A DNA stretch of 32,000 bases from Methanococcus maripaludis (GTDB taxonomy: Archaea; AGJL01; Methanococci; Methanococcales; Methanococcaceae): contig NZ_CP026606.1 of assembly GCF_002945325.1 (NCBI RefSeq), positions 1,140,001 through 1,172,000 on the forward strand, read 5' to 3'. Below are positions 1-9,229 of the stretch, one piece after another (position 1 is the first letter of the stretch; each line of letters starts with the position of its first letter). The notes below the pieces were generated by a model. The model made no database searches. It was not told the DNA's origin and saw only the letters and a program-made list of their open reading frames with translations. The position numbers and the translations under genes were made by a program.

Positions 1-587
1 ATTCGGCTGAAACCATTCAAACGTGTCAAAATAAGTATCTTACCTATTTAAAATTAAAAAAAGTATCTCCAAAATCATTTTTAACCTACTCAAAAGACAT
101 TTCTGAAATTTTTGATAAAATCGATAATAATTTTGGATACCCCTGCGTTTTAAAGCCAATTTATGGCGGATACGGGGATGGAGTTTTGAAAGTAACTTCA
201 AAATCTGAGTTTGTTGAAGTTTTTGAAAAAAATGAAAAAAATGAACTTTTTGTTCAGGAATTTGTCCCATATATCCATGACATACGGGTTTTTTTGGTGA
301 ATAATGAAATCATCGGATCGATGGAAAGAATTCCAAAAAATAGTTGGAAAGCAAATTATTCACTTGGTGCAGAAATAAAGGAATTTAAACTATCAAACGA
401 AGTTGAAGACATGGTTTTAGATTCTGTAAAAAAATTGGGTGCCGATATTGTTGGAATTGATGTATTAATTTCAAACGATAAAAATTATATTTTAGAAGCA
501 AACATCACACCGCAGTTTCGGGGAATGATGAATTTTGTAAATGTTCCCGAAAAAATTGCAGATTACTGTATTAATTACCTAAAATAA
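1..587 (+). CDS. ATP-grasp RimK-family glutamate ligase (MptN/CofF-like), 5'-truncated by the window edge
   Basis: The frame starting at nt 3 is open with no stop, so listed ORF 186..587 is only the tail. The upstream translation reads ..FGYPCVLKPIYGGYGDGVLKV... It continues FVQEFV..DIRVFLV and GIDVLISNDKNYILEANITPQF, which are typical ATP-grasp/RimK motifs. Confidence 0.75.
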   Translation, partial: SAETIQTCQNKYLTYLKLKKVSPKSFLTYSKDISEIFDKIDNNFGYPCVLKPIYGGYGDGVLKVTSKSEFVEVFEKNEKNELFVQEFVPYIHDIRVFLVNNEIIGSMERIPKNSWKANYSLGAEIKEFKLSNEVEDMVLDSVKKLGADIVGIDVLISNDKNYILEANITPQFRGMMNFVNVPEKIADYCINYLK

Positions 588-617
588 ATTTTAAAAAAGT
601 TATTTTTAATTTTTAAA

Positions 618-1283
618 TTATTCCTTGTTTTCGCTTGAAAATACTTTTCTAACTTCATCTAATGAGTCTGTTTTAGCTAAAATTAAAATTCTATCGTACG
701 CTTTTAATTCAGTACTTCCATCAGGGATTTTTAATTCGTTTCCTTCGTAAATCGCGATTATAACATAGTCTTTTGTTCCGCCAAGTTCCCTAATTTTTTT
801 ATCTGCAACTTTTGACGTTGGAGGAATTAGAAGCTCTAAAATCTCTGCATCTCCCCTTCCAACGATTGCAAGGTCTACAACTCCAGGTCTATCAATTAAT
901 TTTTCGATATAATTTGCTGCAACAAGTTCTGGACTGATTACAACTCCAATTCCAAGGCTTTCAAATACGTCCTTGTAATCTGGCTCACTTACTCTTGCGA
1001 TAGTTTTCGAAACGTTGAATTTTTTTGCAATTAATCCGCTGATTAAATTAATTTCTTGATTTCCGGTAACAGCAATAAATATATCGGCATCTTCAATTCC
1101 TGCATTTTCAAGAGACTTTGTTTTGGTACAGTCCCCGTTAATTACCAGAGCATCGATTTCGCCTGCAACTTCTTCACATGTTTTTTTGTTTTGATCCAGT
1201 ATTACTAAATCGTGCCCTTTACCTGAAAGCGACTTTGCAAGTGAAATTCCAACTCTGCCCATTCCTGCAACTATAATATACAT
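618..1283 (-). CDS. trkA: TrkA-type K+ transport regulatory protein (RCK: TrkA-N NAD-binding plus TrkA-C domains)
   Basis: N-terminal Rossmann motif MYIIVAGMGRVGISLAKSL. GDCT..L..AGI..AD and a C-terminal TrkA-C-like region. 221 aa is the typical length. Confidence 0.85.
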   Translation of the reverse strand: MYIIVAGMGRVGISLAKSLSGKGHDLVILDQNKKTCEEVAGEIDALVINGDCTKTKSLENAGIEDADIFIAVTGNQEINLISGLIAKKFNVSKTIARVSEPDYKDVFESLGIGVVISPELVAANYIEKLIDRPGVVDLAIVGRGDAEILELLIPPTSKVADKKIRELGGTKDYVIIAIYEGNELKIPDGSTELKAYDRILILAKTDSLDEVRKVFSSENKE

Positions 1284-1298
1284 AAAATTTACCTTTTT

Positions 1299-1853
1299 TT
1301 ACTTTTTTACAATTATTTTTTCGAAATATTCATCATAAGCACCGTGATAATGGGGCAATTCTATAAAAAGTTCTTCTTCCATCTTCAAAAGTTTATCATA
1401 AGTTTTTTTATCTATTTTCCCAATTAATTTATTCGCTATGGCTTTTTTGCAATTGATACTGCAAGGAATAAATCCTGATGGAAGAATAACGGCGTAAGTT
1501 TCTTCATCAAATTCCATATTTTCAATTTCTTTTAAATGTTCAGAATCTATTCCATACCTTGCAGTTTCGGAAAAAGATTTTACACAGCATTCTGGATAAT
1601 CTAAAAGTTCACCAAGTTCTAAATCATCAAGTCTTCGGTATATTCCAAGTTCCGAAGAAACAAATGGATCTATCGCGGGCCTTATTTCAATTTCGTATTT
1701 TTTTACAATTTCAATCTGTTTTTCAAGTCTTTTTAAGATATATTCAAACATATCGTCAGGCATTGACTGAATATGCTTTGAAAGCACCTGAAATTTATCA
1801 GAATCATTATCTCTTAATTCGACTATTTTTTTGTAGAGTCTTTCAATTTCCAT
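1299..1853 (-). CDS. Conserved archaeal protein, DUF483-like, Cys-rich (YPECCVKSF ... CSINC)
   Basis: ORF 1299..1988 overlaps the upstream same-strand gene, which ends at 1936. The internal ATG at 1853 (MEIERLYKK..) removes that overlap. Cys motifs CC-x..-CxxxC. Only 15 nt upstream of trkA, so probably co-transcribed. Confidence 0.6.
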   Translation of the reverse strand: MEIERLYKKIVELRDNDSDKFQVLSKHIQSMPDDMFEYILKRLEKQIEIVKKYEIEIRPAIDPFVSSELGIYRRLDDLELGELLDYPECCVKSFSETARYGIDSEHLKEIENMEFDEETYAVILPSGFIPCSINCKKAIANKLIGKIDKKTYDKLLKMEEELFIELPHYHGAYDEYFEKIIVKK

Positions 1854-1935
1854 GGATTTCCCGTTCTTTGAAATTATTTTGTTATATATTATTGTTAGAT
1901 GTATTAAAAAAAGATATTGTTTTAAAATTAACAAA

Positions 1936-2379
1936 TTATTCAAAAACTTTTGACATGCAACCCGCAACAAATCCTGCAACAGCGTCATCTAAAAACATGT
2001 AGCCATCTTTGTCGAGTTTTCCAATTACACCTGGTTTTTTTGCATCGTACCACTTGAAATTAAATGTAGCTTTGGTTCCCGCGATTTCATTTGCAATTGC
2101 CATTCCTATAACTTCATCTGCGTAAACGTAAGTCGGATCGCTATCGTAATCAAAGGGAAGGCCACCATTTCTTCCTCTTTCATCCATAACTATTGCAGAT
2201 ATTAAAAGAGTAGATACATTTGGATTTTTTATCTGTTTTTTCATAATTTCCAAAAATTTAGTTTCTATTTCTTTTTTTTCAGATTCATCGCAGATACACA
2301 TGTACATTCCGCATTTTAGCATATTGTCAAAATTAACGCCCAAATTTGATAAAAGTTTGACAACATCACTTTCCAACAT
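1936..2379 (-). CDS. PgpA/CobZ-like phosphatase family protein (tentative)
   Basis: The C-terminal LDDAVAGFVAG motif resembles the PgpA family DDxxAG signature. The longest ORF starts at 2445 but would overlap the divergent gene start at 2444. ATG at 2379 leaves a 64-bp promoter region with an A/T box, so start 2379 is preferred. Confidence 0.5.
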   Translation of the reverse strand: MLESDVVKLLSNLGVNFDNMLKCGMYMCICDESEKKEIETKFLEIMKKQIKNPNVSTLLISAIVMDERGRNGGLPFDYDSDPTYVYADEVIGMAIANEIAGTKATFNFKWYDAKKPGVIGKLDKDGYMFLDDAVAGFVAGCMSKVFE

Positions 2380-2400
2380 GTTTTTATTCGATGAATTGCA

Positions 2401-2414
2401 TTTATTTTTTAAAG
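2401..2414. promoter_or_regulatory. Shared A/T box in a 64-bp divergent promoter region
   Basis: tttattttttaaag is centred between ATG 2379 (-) and ATG 2444 (+). Neither start has an SD. Confidence 0.35.
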
Positions 2415-2443
2415 ATTCAGTCACAATATCACGCCCGGGTACC

Positions 2444-3034
2444 ATGAGTAAAGAAGTTTACGAAATTTTAGAGATTTTTGATGCACTAAAAAGGCATAAA
2501 AATACAATTTACTTAGTTTCGACCATATTTCTGGCAACATTTTTATTTTCTTACGTATTTATTTACTATGACATGTTCCAATTCCGTTATTTCGGAGATT
2601 TGATGTACGAATCATTTAAAATAAAAGTTCAGAGTTTTTCAATAGAAAATAAAGGTCCATTTGAAATAATTGCAATAATTTTGGCAAATAACCTCTTTGT
2701 TGCAGCTTTTACATATATCATTATGTTTTTTGCACTTATAAATATCGCCGTAAATTCATATCTTTTGGCATATGTTTTTTATTTGACGAATCCCTTAGAA
2801 TTTATACTTTTAATCGGGCCTCACGGTATTTTTGAAATTCCAGCACTCATTCTGGCAGCTACATCAGGTCTGGTACTTTCAATGAGTATAATAAAGAAAT
2901 TTAGAAAAGAAAAACATTATGCTGATTATTTTAAAGATTCTTTACGGATTTTTTTAGTTTCTGTATTATTATTTGTAGTTGCGGCATTTGTAGAAGTACT
3001 TGTAACCTACCAAATAGCCCTTAGGATAGCTTAA
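2444..3034 (+). CDS. SpoIIM-like (DUF95) integral membrane protein
   Basis: Multiple hydrophobic helices. The motif LIGPHGIFEIPALILAATSG is characteristic of the SpoIIM/DUF95 family. The first 48 codons of the track ORF (from 2300) lie antisense to the neighbouring gene. ATG 2444 (MSKEVYEIL..) is the plausible start. Confidence 0.65.
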   Translation: MSKEVYEILEIFDALKRHKNTIYLVSTIFLATFLFSYVFIYYDMFQFRYFGDLMYESFKIKVQSFSIENKGPFEIIAIILANNLFVAAFTYIIMFFALINIAVNSYLLAYVFYLTNPLEFILLIGPHGIFEIPALILAATSGLVLSMSIIKKFRKEKHYADYFKDSLRIFLVSVLLFVVAAFVEVLVTYQIALRIA

Positions 3035-3113
3035 TAATGTAGAAGAATATATTTTAACTTTAAAAGTTCAACCAGATTTTCGTAATTTTGATTTTTTATT
3101 TAAAGGTGTTTAG

Positions 3114-4730
3114 ATGTTAGAGCCGATATTATATGATATAGGAAGAATTTGCAAGGAAAAACACGAATCAAATTCTTTTTCGACCACTCCAAAAATAATC
3201 GAGTTTGATATAAACGTTCCACCACTAAAAACGCTAAAAATTCCGTTTGATGCACCAAGGGAAGTTGCAGAAGAGCTCGTAAAATTAAATAAATCAGAAT
3301 ATGTAAGAAAAAGCGAATTAAGCTACCAGATAATAAATGCTGGAAAATATGCTGATTTAATCGATATCGAAGAAAATATGGACGTTTATGTGATATCTGA
3401 CCTTCGACAGATAATAAAAAGAAGAGAAATGATTGAAATTATTCCAAAAGTAAGGGAAATGATTTCTCCAAATTCGGGAATATATGTTCCAGGTGCAATG
3501 CCTTCTGAAATTCCATTACTCGTTTATATGGGAGCAGATTATTTTGATTATTCATCTGCAAGCTACTATGCAGCACAGGGTTACAAATTTAGTAAAAACA
3601 GACTTATAAAATCAGAAGAAGATTTTGAAAGTTTAAAAACGTTCAACGAATCTATAATCGATCAGGTTTTAGAAGAAGTAAAATTCTGTATCGAATCAGG
3701 TTCGTTAAGAAATCTCGTAGAGGAAACCACGATTTCAAACCCTTATTTGCGATCAAATTACAGGCGGTTTAAACCTGAACTTACAAATATTCCGATTTCA
3801 AAGTCCAACAAAATAATTGTAACAATTGATGAGACAAAAATTCCAGAAGTTCAAAAATACATCGAAAGGGCAAAAAATTACGAGCCATATACAAATGTAA
3901 TCATACTTTTGCCGTGTTCATCAAAAAAACCATATTCCTATTCAAAAAGCCACCAGTTCTTCATAAATGCAATTAATTCAGTAAGAATGCCTGTAGAAGA
4001 ATTGATTTTAACTTCACCTTACGGCGTAGTTCCAAGAGCACTTGAAAGGCTTGTCGATTACGATATTCCGGTAACTGGGGAATGGAGTGCTGATGAGATT
4101 GGGTTTATAAACAAATATCTGAAAAACTACATCGAAATCGCAAAATCTAAATTTGAAGAAGTAAAGATAATAGCACATCTTCCAGAACACTATCTCGAAA
4201 TTTTGGATATCGATGAAGATTACATAATTTCTTCAGACGGGAATCCAACATCTGACAATTCGTTAAAAAATCTGAAAAATATCTTAAAAGAATTGGATCA
4301 AACAGCTGACTCAAAATCAAAACGTGCACAGAGACTTCACAATTATCAAGAACTTGCAAAATTCCAGCTTGGAAAGAACTTCTTGCCAGAAGATGTAATG
4401 ATAAAAGGAAGGCATGTTAAATTTTTCATAAAAGAAGGCAAAAATACGGTTCAATTGGCATCAATTAATGATAATGGCCTTTTTGTTTTAACTTCACAAG
4501 GTGGGGAACTTCTCGGTAAAACAAACTGGGTAGAAGTTGACTTTAATGTTAAAAAGGGATCATTATTTGCTCCAGGATTTAAAGATGCTGATGAAGCCGT
4601 TTCAGTAAATGACGAAGTAGTTATCGTGAAAGATAATGAAGTTTTAGGTGTTGGACGAGCTTTAATGAGCGGAAAAGAGATGAAAAAAGCAACACATGGT
4701 GTTTTGGTAAATATACGGCATGTTAAATAA
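3114..4730 (+). CDS. arcS: Archaeosine synthase ArcS (DUF5591 plus C-terminal PUA domain)
   Basis: 538 aa. LLPCSSKKPYSYSKSH (PCxxKKPY motif) in the centre. PUA-like C-terminus ..DEVVIVKDNEVLGVGRALMSGKEM... SD AAGGTG lies upstream of the ATG. Confidence 0.8.
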   Translation: MLEPILYDIGRICKEKHESNSFSTTPKIIEFDINVPPLKTLKIPFDAPREVAEELVKLNKSEYVRKSELSYQIINAGKYADLIDIEENMDVYVISDLRQIIKRREMIEIIPKVREMISPNSGIYVPGAMPSEIPLLVYMGADYFDYSSASYYAAQGYKFSKNRLIKSEEDFESLKTFNESIIDQVLEEVKFCIESGSLRNLVEETTISNPYLRSNYRRFKPELTNIPISKSNKIIVTIDETKIPEVQKYIERAKNYEPYTNVIILLPCSSKKPYSYSKSHQFFINAINSVRMPVEELILTSPYGVVPRALERLVDYDIPVTGEWSADEIGFINKYLKNYIEIAKSKFEEVKIIAHLPEHYLEILDIDEDYIISSDGNPTSDNSLKNLKNILKELDQTADSKSKRAQRLHNYQELAKFQLGKNFLPEDVMIKGRHVKFFIKEGKNTVQLASINDNGLFVLTSQGGELLGKTNWVEVDFNVKKGSLFAPGFKDADEAVSVNDEVVIVKDNEVLGVGRALMSGKEMKKATHGVLVNIRHVK

Positions 4731-4788
4731 TATTTAAAATATTTACAACTCAATAATTTTAAATTTTAATATTCGACCAAGTGAAACT

Positions 4789-5331
4789 ATGGCAGAATAC
4801 AACAAAAAGTTAAAAAAACTCGCGGAACTCATTCTTTTAAAAGATCCTCAATTTGACGAAAGTTCAAAATTAAAGGATGTTTTTAAAAATTATGTGGGAA
4901 TGTATAACGAAATATGTATTTTAGAGGAGACGCTAAAAGATTTGGATCGCGATCTTGTAAATGTTCGTGAAATACAGTTTTTAGATAATGAATTAAGAGC
5001 ATACACTCATAAATTAAACGATCTTGAAACTCATCTTAGAAAATTACATGCACATAAAAAAATTTCAAATTACGACGAGTTGACAAACTGCCTTCACAAG
5101 TTGAAAAATTTAAATATTTCGGTTGATAATTCATTAAAATGGGATATATACAATAGAATGGTCGGACTCGACAGGAAATTACGAGGCATTGAAAGAGAGC
5201 TCGAATTAATAATTTTAAACTACGCTCTTTCAAGAACGGATATCGATAAAAAAATATCCAACTACGAAAAAGATTTATTTGATTTAATTTACGAAGAAAT
5301 TACAAGGTATCTTGAAGAACGTGATGCCTAA
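4789..5331 (+). CDS. Hypothetical coiled-coil protein
   Basis: 180-aa ORF rich in K/E/L with a heptad-like pattern. The stop is 11 nt before the next gene's ATG, so an operon is likely. No recognisable catalytic motif. Confidence 0.55.
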   Translation: MAEYNKKLKKLAELILLKDPQFDESSKLKDVFKNYVGMYNEICILEETLKDLDRDLVNVREIQFLDNELRAYTHKLNDLETHLRKLHAHKKISNYDELTNCLHKLKNLNISVDNSLKWDIYNRMVGLDRKLRGIERELELIILNYALSRTDIDKKISNYEKDLFDLIYEEITRYLEERDA

Positions 5332-5342
5332 ATGGTGAGAAA

Positions 5343-6248
5343 ATGACTGATTATGTATCTTATAAAAAGATTATAGCAATGGTTGATGAAGAACTCGGGT
5401 TAACAGAACTTGTAGAGGAACACCCCTGTCCAAGCGGTTCAGAATGGCTGATGTACCAGTACCAAAGAACCTCTCCAGTAATTGTTTCATCATGGAGAAA
5501 TGGAAATAAGCATCATTTCATTTTAAAAAATGGAAAAAATGATCTTAATCTTGTTCCCTCAATTAGTGCAGCAGGAATTGAGGAAGTGTATCTAAAAGAT
5601 GGCAATGTTCACATTGTTTACGCAGGTCTTGCGGGTGCAGGGGTTGGAATTGAACTTAGGAAAAATGCCGAAAATGTAGTTGCTGCTGAATTAATCGAAA
5701 AAGGTGGCGGTTCAAAACTTGGAAGAGGAATGATTCAGACTCCAAAAATGGAAAAAATAACCGTTGGAATAGACGATACGGATACTAAAGAAGAAGGTGC
5801 AACTTGGGTTTTAGCAAATGAGATAGGAAACTTGATCGAAGAATCTAAAATGGGATTTTACATAGATCACACGATAACTCAATTATTCCCTGGAAATCCA
5901 AATAAAACACAAAATTGCGTATCGATTGCACTCACCTTCGCAATTTACCCGGAATACAAATATAAAATTGGAAAAGAAATTGAAAAACTTTTAAAAGAGA
6001 AAACACTTTCAGAAAAAACTGCAATTGCAATTTACCGTGGACTTACTCCTTCACAGAGTATGAAATTGTACACCATGAAAGCTAAACGGGAAATGGTTCC
6101 TATAAACGAGGCCAAAATGGTTGCAATGAGAAACAACATTGAAATTATAGAAGTTACTGGTGACGGCGGAATAATCGGTGCAGTAGCTGCATTAGGCTTA
6201 TCAGAATGCCACAAAACCGCTGCAAAACTACCCGAAACTTATGAATAA
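5343..6248 (+). CDS. Conserved methanogen protein with a TiaS-like domain (possibly methanogenesis marker protein 11)
   Basis: SD GGTGA is 4 nt upstream. The C-terminal half contains ITVGIDDTDTKEEGATW ... LFPGNPNKTQNCVSIAL. This parallels the GIDDTDS ... NPNIPxKTRGNG core of tRNA(Ile2) agmatinylcytidine synthetase TiaS. The family name is recalled, not verified. Confidence 0.6.
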   Translation: MTDYVSYKKIIAMVDEELGLTELVEEHPCPSGSEWLMYQYQRTSPVIVSSWRNGNKHHFILKNGKNDLNLVPSISAAGIEEVYLKDGNVHIVYAGLAGAGVGIELRKNAENVVAAELIEKGGGSKLGRGMIQTPKMEKITVGIDDTDTKEEGATWVLANEIGNLIEESKMGFYIDHTITQLFPGNPNKTQNCVSIALTFAIYPEYKYKIGKEIEKLLKEKTLSEKTAIAIYRGLTPSQSMKLYTMKAKREMVPINEAKMVAMRNNIEIIEVTGDGGIIGAVAALGLSECHKTAAKLPETYE

Positions 6249-6275
6249 TTTATTTAATTTAATTAAGGTGAAATA

Positions 6276-7352
6276 TTGATTACTCCTTGGGATGTTTCAG
6301 ATGATTTGGATTATAAAAAGACGATGGAGCAATTTGGCGTAAATCCAATTTCAGAAATTGTAAAAACGTTGAAAGAACCGCACAACTTTATGAAAAGAGG
6401 GATTGTGTTTGGCCATAGGGATTTTCAAAAAATTGCAGACGCAATGAACAACGGAAAAGATTTTACGGTAGTTTCCGGAATGATGCCCTCTGGAAAAATG
6501 CATTTTGGACATAAAATGGTTGTCGACCAGCTTTTGTACTACCAAAAATATGGTGCAGACATATATATTCCAATTGCCGATTTAGAAGCCTACTGGGCAA
6601 GAGGAATGGATTTTGAAACCACCAAAAAGCTTGCAATAGAAGAATACATTACAAACTATATTGCTTTAGGACTTGATCCAGAAAAAATCCATGTTTATTT
6701 GCAATCAAAAAATGAAACAGTAAAAGACCTTGCAATGCGCCTTTCTAAACGTGTAAATTTCACTGAAATGAAAGGAATTTATGGATTTAGCGGTGAAACA
6801 AATATAGGGCACGTTTTTGCACCTGTTGTTCAGGTTGCAGATATACTCCACCCGCAGCTTGAAAAAAAGGTTCCAGTAGTAGTTCCTGTTGGAATTGACC
6901 AAGATCCACACATAAGACTTACAAGAGACATTGCTGGAAGATATAAAGATTTTAAATTCATTGCACCGTCATCAACCTACCACAGGTTTATAACTGGTCT
7001 TTTGGGCGGAAAAATGAGTTCATCAAAACCTGAAACTGCGATATATCTTTCAGATGAACCAACAAAGTCATTTAAGAAAAAAGTCATGTCATGTAAAACT
7101 GGTGGGCGGGAGACTCTTGAAGAGCAGAAAAAACTTGGTGGAGTTCCTGAAGAGTGTGTAGTATATGAGTTATACACCTACCACTTAATAGAAGACGATA
7201 AAGAACTTAAAAAATTATATGAACAGTGTAAAAGCGGGGAATTAACTTGCGGAACCTGTAAAAAAGAATGCTACCAAAAATTAGTCGAATTTATGACTGA
7301 TTTAAAAGAAAAAAGGGAGCAAGCAAAAGAAGTTGCTGCAAAACTTCTTTAA
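6276..7352 (+). CDS. trpS: Tryptophan--tRNA ligase (archaeal/eukaryotic type)
   Basis: The conserved N-terminus ITPWDV..DYKK..EQFG requires the TTG start at 6276, with SD GGTGA 4 nt upstream. Class I motifs are HFGH (HIGH) and KMSSSKP (KMSKS). Confidence 0.9.
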   Translation: MITPWDVSDDLDYKKTMEQFGVNPISEIVKTLKEPHNFMKRGIVFGHRDFQKIADAMNNGKDFTVVSGMMPSGKMHFGHKMVVDQLLYYQKYGADIYIPIADLEAYWARGMDFETTKKLAIEEYITNYIALGLDPEKIHVYLQSKNETVKDLAMRLSKRVNFTEMKGIYGFSGETNIGHVFAPVVQVADILHPQLEKKVPVVVPVGIDQDPHIRLTRDIAGRYKDFKFIAPSSTYHRFITGLLGGKMSSSKPETAIYLSDEPTKSFKKKVMSCKTGGRETLEEQKKLGGVPEECVVYELYTYHLIEDDKELKKLYEQCKSGELTCGTCKKECYQKLVEFMTDLKEKREQAKEVAAKLL

Positions 7353-7385
7353 ATTTTTTATTTTTGAAATTTCATCTTTGGGGTT

Positions 7386-8360
7386 ATGATGATAAAAATT
7401 GTTTACATTACTGAAAATGCCGAAAAACTGGCAAAAGATGTAAAATCGGTTTTTGATTACTATTTTTATGATAACGAAGTTTTTAATATAAAAGATTTTG
7501 AAATAACAGGAAAAGAAACAGGATTTGTTTTTATAATGGCATCGGGAATTGTTTTAAGAAAATATATTCCAGAAATTCAAGATGATAAATTAAAAGACCC
7601 TTTTGTAATTTTAATGGACGAATCAAAAAAATACGTAGTACCGCTTCTTTCAAACCATATCGGCGGTGGAAACTATTTTTCAGATTTAATTGGAAATTCC
7701 TTGAATTTAAACGTTGTAAAAACAACTGCAACAGATGTTAATGGAAAAATTGGAATTGATGAACTCTCAAAAATCTATTTTTTAGAAAATCCGCTTAAAA
7801 AAGATATACTTTTGATAAATAAAAAGGTATTATCTGAAAAACCAGATTTAACTATTCCAAAAGCTTGGAAAGCTTCTAAAAAGTTATTAAATTCTTATAA
7901 TGTATCATTTCACGACGAATTCCACGTTTTAGTTGATGATATCGTTTTAAAACCAAAAACTGTAAGTTTGGGTTTGGGTTCAAGAAGAAATATCGAAAAA
8001 AGCAAGGTTTACTGGGCAGTTAAAAAAGCGCTGTATTTACGAGGTATTCCTGCATGGAGAATTGATGCATTTTCAACAGTATCGGTTAAAAAAGATGAAT
8101 ATGGAATTTTAAAAACTGCTGAAAGATTTGATAAAAATCTCTTTATCTTTGAAATTGATGAAATAAATGAAATTTATTCAAAATATCCATTAAATAAGTC
8201 AGATTTCGTGTTCAAAACAATTGGAACTTATGGGGTTTGTGAGCCTTGTGCAATTCTTGGAATTTCAAAAATTACCCGAGAAAAAGATTTTGACATGAAA
8301 AACCTTGTTTTAAACAAAATGAAAAAAGACGGGGTTTCAGTTTCAATTGCGTTACAGTAG
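7386..8360 (+). CDS. cbiG: Cobalt-precorrin-5A hydrolase CbiG
   Basis: 324 aa with a two-domain CbiG layout. The C-terminal part has LGLGSRR.. and TYGVCEPCAIL, typical of the CbiG C-domain. Confidence 0.75.
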   Translation: MMIKIVYITENAEKLAKDVKSVFDYYFYDNEVFNIKDFEITGKETGFVFIMASGIVLRKYIPEIQDDKLKDPFVILMDESKKYVVPLLSNHIGGGNYFSDLIGNSLNLNVVKTTATDVNGKIGIDELSKIYFLENPLKKDILLINKKVLSEKPDLTIPKAWKASKKLLNSYNVSFHDEFHVLVDDIVLKPKTVSLGLGSRRNIEKSKVYWAVKKALYLRGIPAWRIDAFSTVSVKKDEYGILKTAERFDKNLFIFEIDEINEIYSKYPLNKSDFVFKTIGTYGVCEPCAILGISKITREKDFDMKNLVLNKMKKDGVSVSIALQ

Positions 8361-9146
8361 TTAAATTTTAATTACATCAAGTATATTTTTTAAACCTTCT
8401 TCTGGCGTAATTACTTGGGCCCGTACTTCTCTTAAAATTCTTTGGATTGTAAATTTCTGCATGCTTTTGTGTTTATGCGCTTTTCTAATTAATTGACATC
8501 CGTAAGACTGGTTTATATTAATTTTAAACTCTTTTAAAATAGTTCTGCTTTCATCCTTTGCCATTGATAAAAACGAAAGGATGTTTAATCGATTAATTCC
8601 TTTATCCACTTTTTTAATTGATAAATGGCCAATTGAAAGCATATCTCCATATATCATATAGGTTATACCGTTTTTTTCAGCGTAATTTAAGATTTCAGCT
8701 TCAACAGTACTGTGGCATCTTCCGCAGGGGTGGTATTTTCCAGATTTAGTATCTTCAAAAATAGGATCTAAATTCACATCGATAAATTCATGTGAGATAT
8801 TTAATGAGTTTGTAAGTTCAAGGATACTCTGTTCAGTTTTTGCATCCATTATATATTTAGAACGCACTGTAACTACACAAATTTCAAAAATTTTGTTTGC
8901 AACAATTATTGATGTAGTACTATCTACGCCCCCACTGAATGCAACAACTGCTTTTTCTTTTTTTAGGTTTTGATTTGTTATATCACTTTTTAAGTATGCC
9001 AAAAATTCATCAAAACCCTTGTTTCTAACTTCGTGAAGTTCCAATAATTTTTCATAAATTTCTTTCGAAATTTCATTTTTTTGATATATTAAATCAAGGG
9101 CTTTTATTGAAGATTCAAGAGCAGTAGTTTTAACTTCCTTATCCAT
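8361..9146 (-). CDS. PP-loop ATP pyrophosphatase family protein (COG1606/LarE-like adenine nucleotide alpha-hydrolase)
   Basis: PP-loop motif VVAFSGGVDSTT. Cys motif HPCGRCHS. The length (261 aa) fits COG1606-type proteins. Confidence 0.65.
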   Translation of the reverse strand: MDKEVKTTALESSIKALDLIYQKNEISKEIYEKLLELHEVRNKGFDEFLAYLKSDITNQNLKKEKAVVAFSGGVDSTTSIIVANKIFEICVVTVRSKYIMDAKTEQSILELTNSLNISHEFIDVNLDPIFEDTKSGKYHPCGRCHSTVEAEILNYAEKNGITYMIYGDMLSIGHLSIKKVDKGINRLNILSFLSMAKDESRTILKEFKININQSYGCQLIRKAHKHKSMQKFTIQRILREVRAQVITPEEGLKNILDVIKI

Positions 9147-9229
9147 GGTTTTTTCCTTTAATTTTACCGTAAAAATAAAATATTTAGATTTATCTTAAAT
9201 TTTTAAAAGAGTAGTATATTTTGAAAAAG

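Noticed and set aside
1559-2002. 147-aa plus-strand ORF and the N-terminal extension of ORF 1299..1988.
   Set aside because: The plus-strand ORF is antisense to the DUF483-like gene. The extension would overlap the upstream same-strand gene by 53 nt and encodes a low-complexity hydrophobic peptide. The internal ATG 1853 is the better model.
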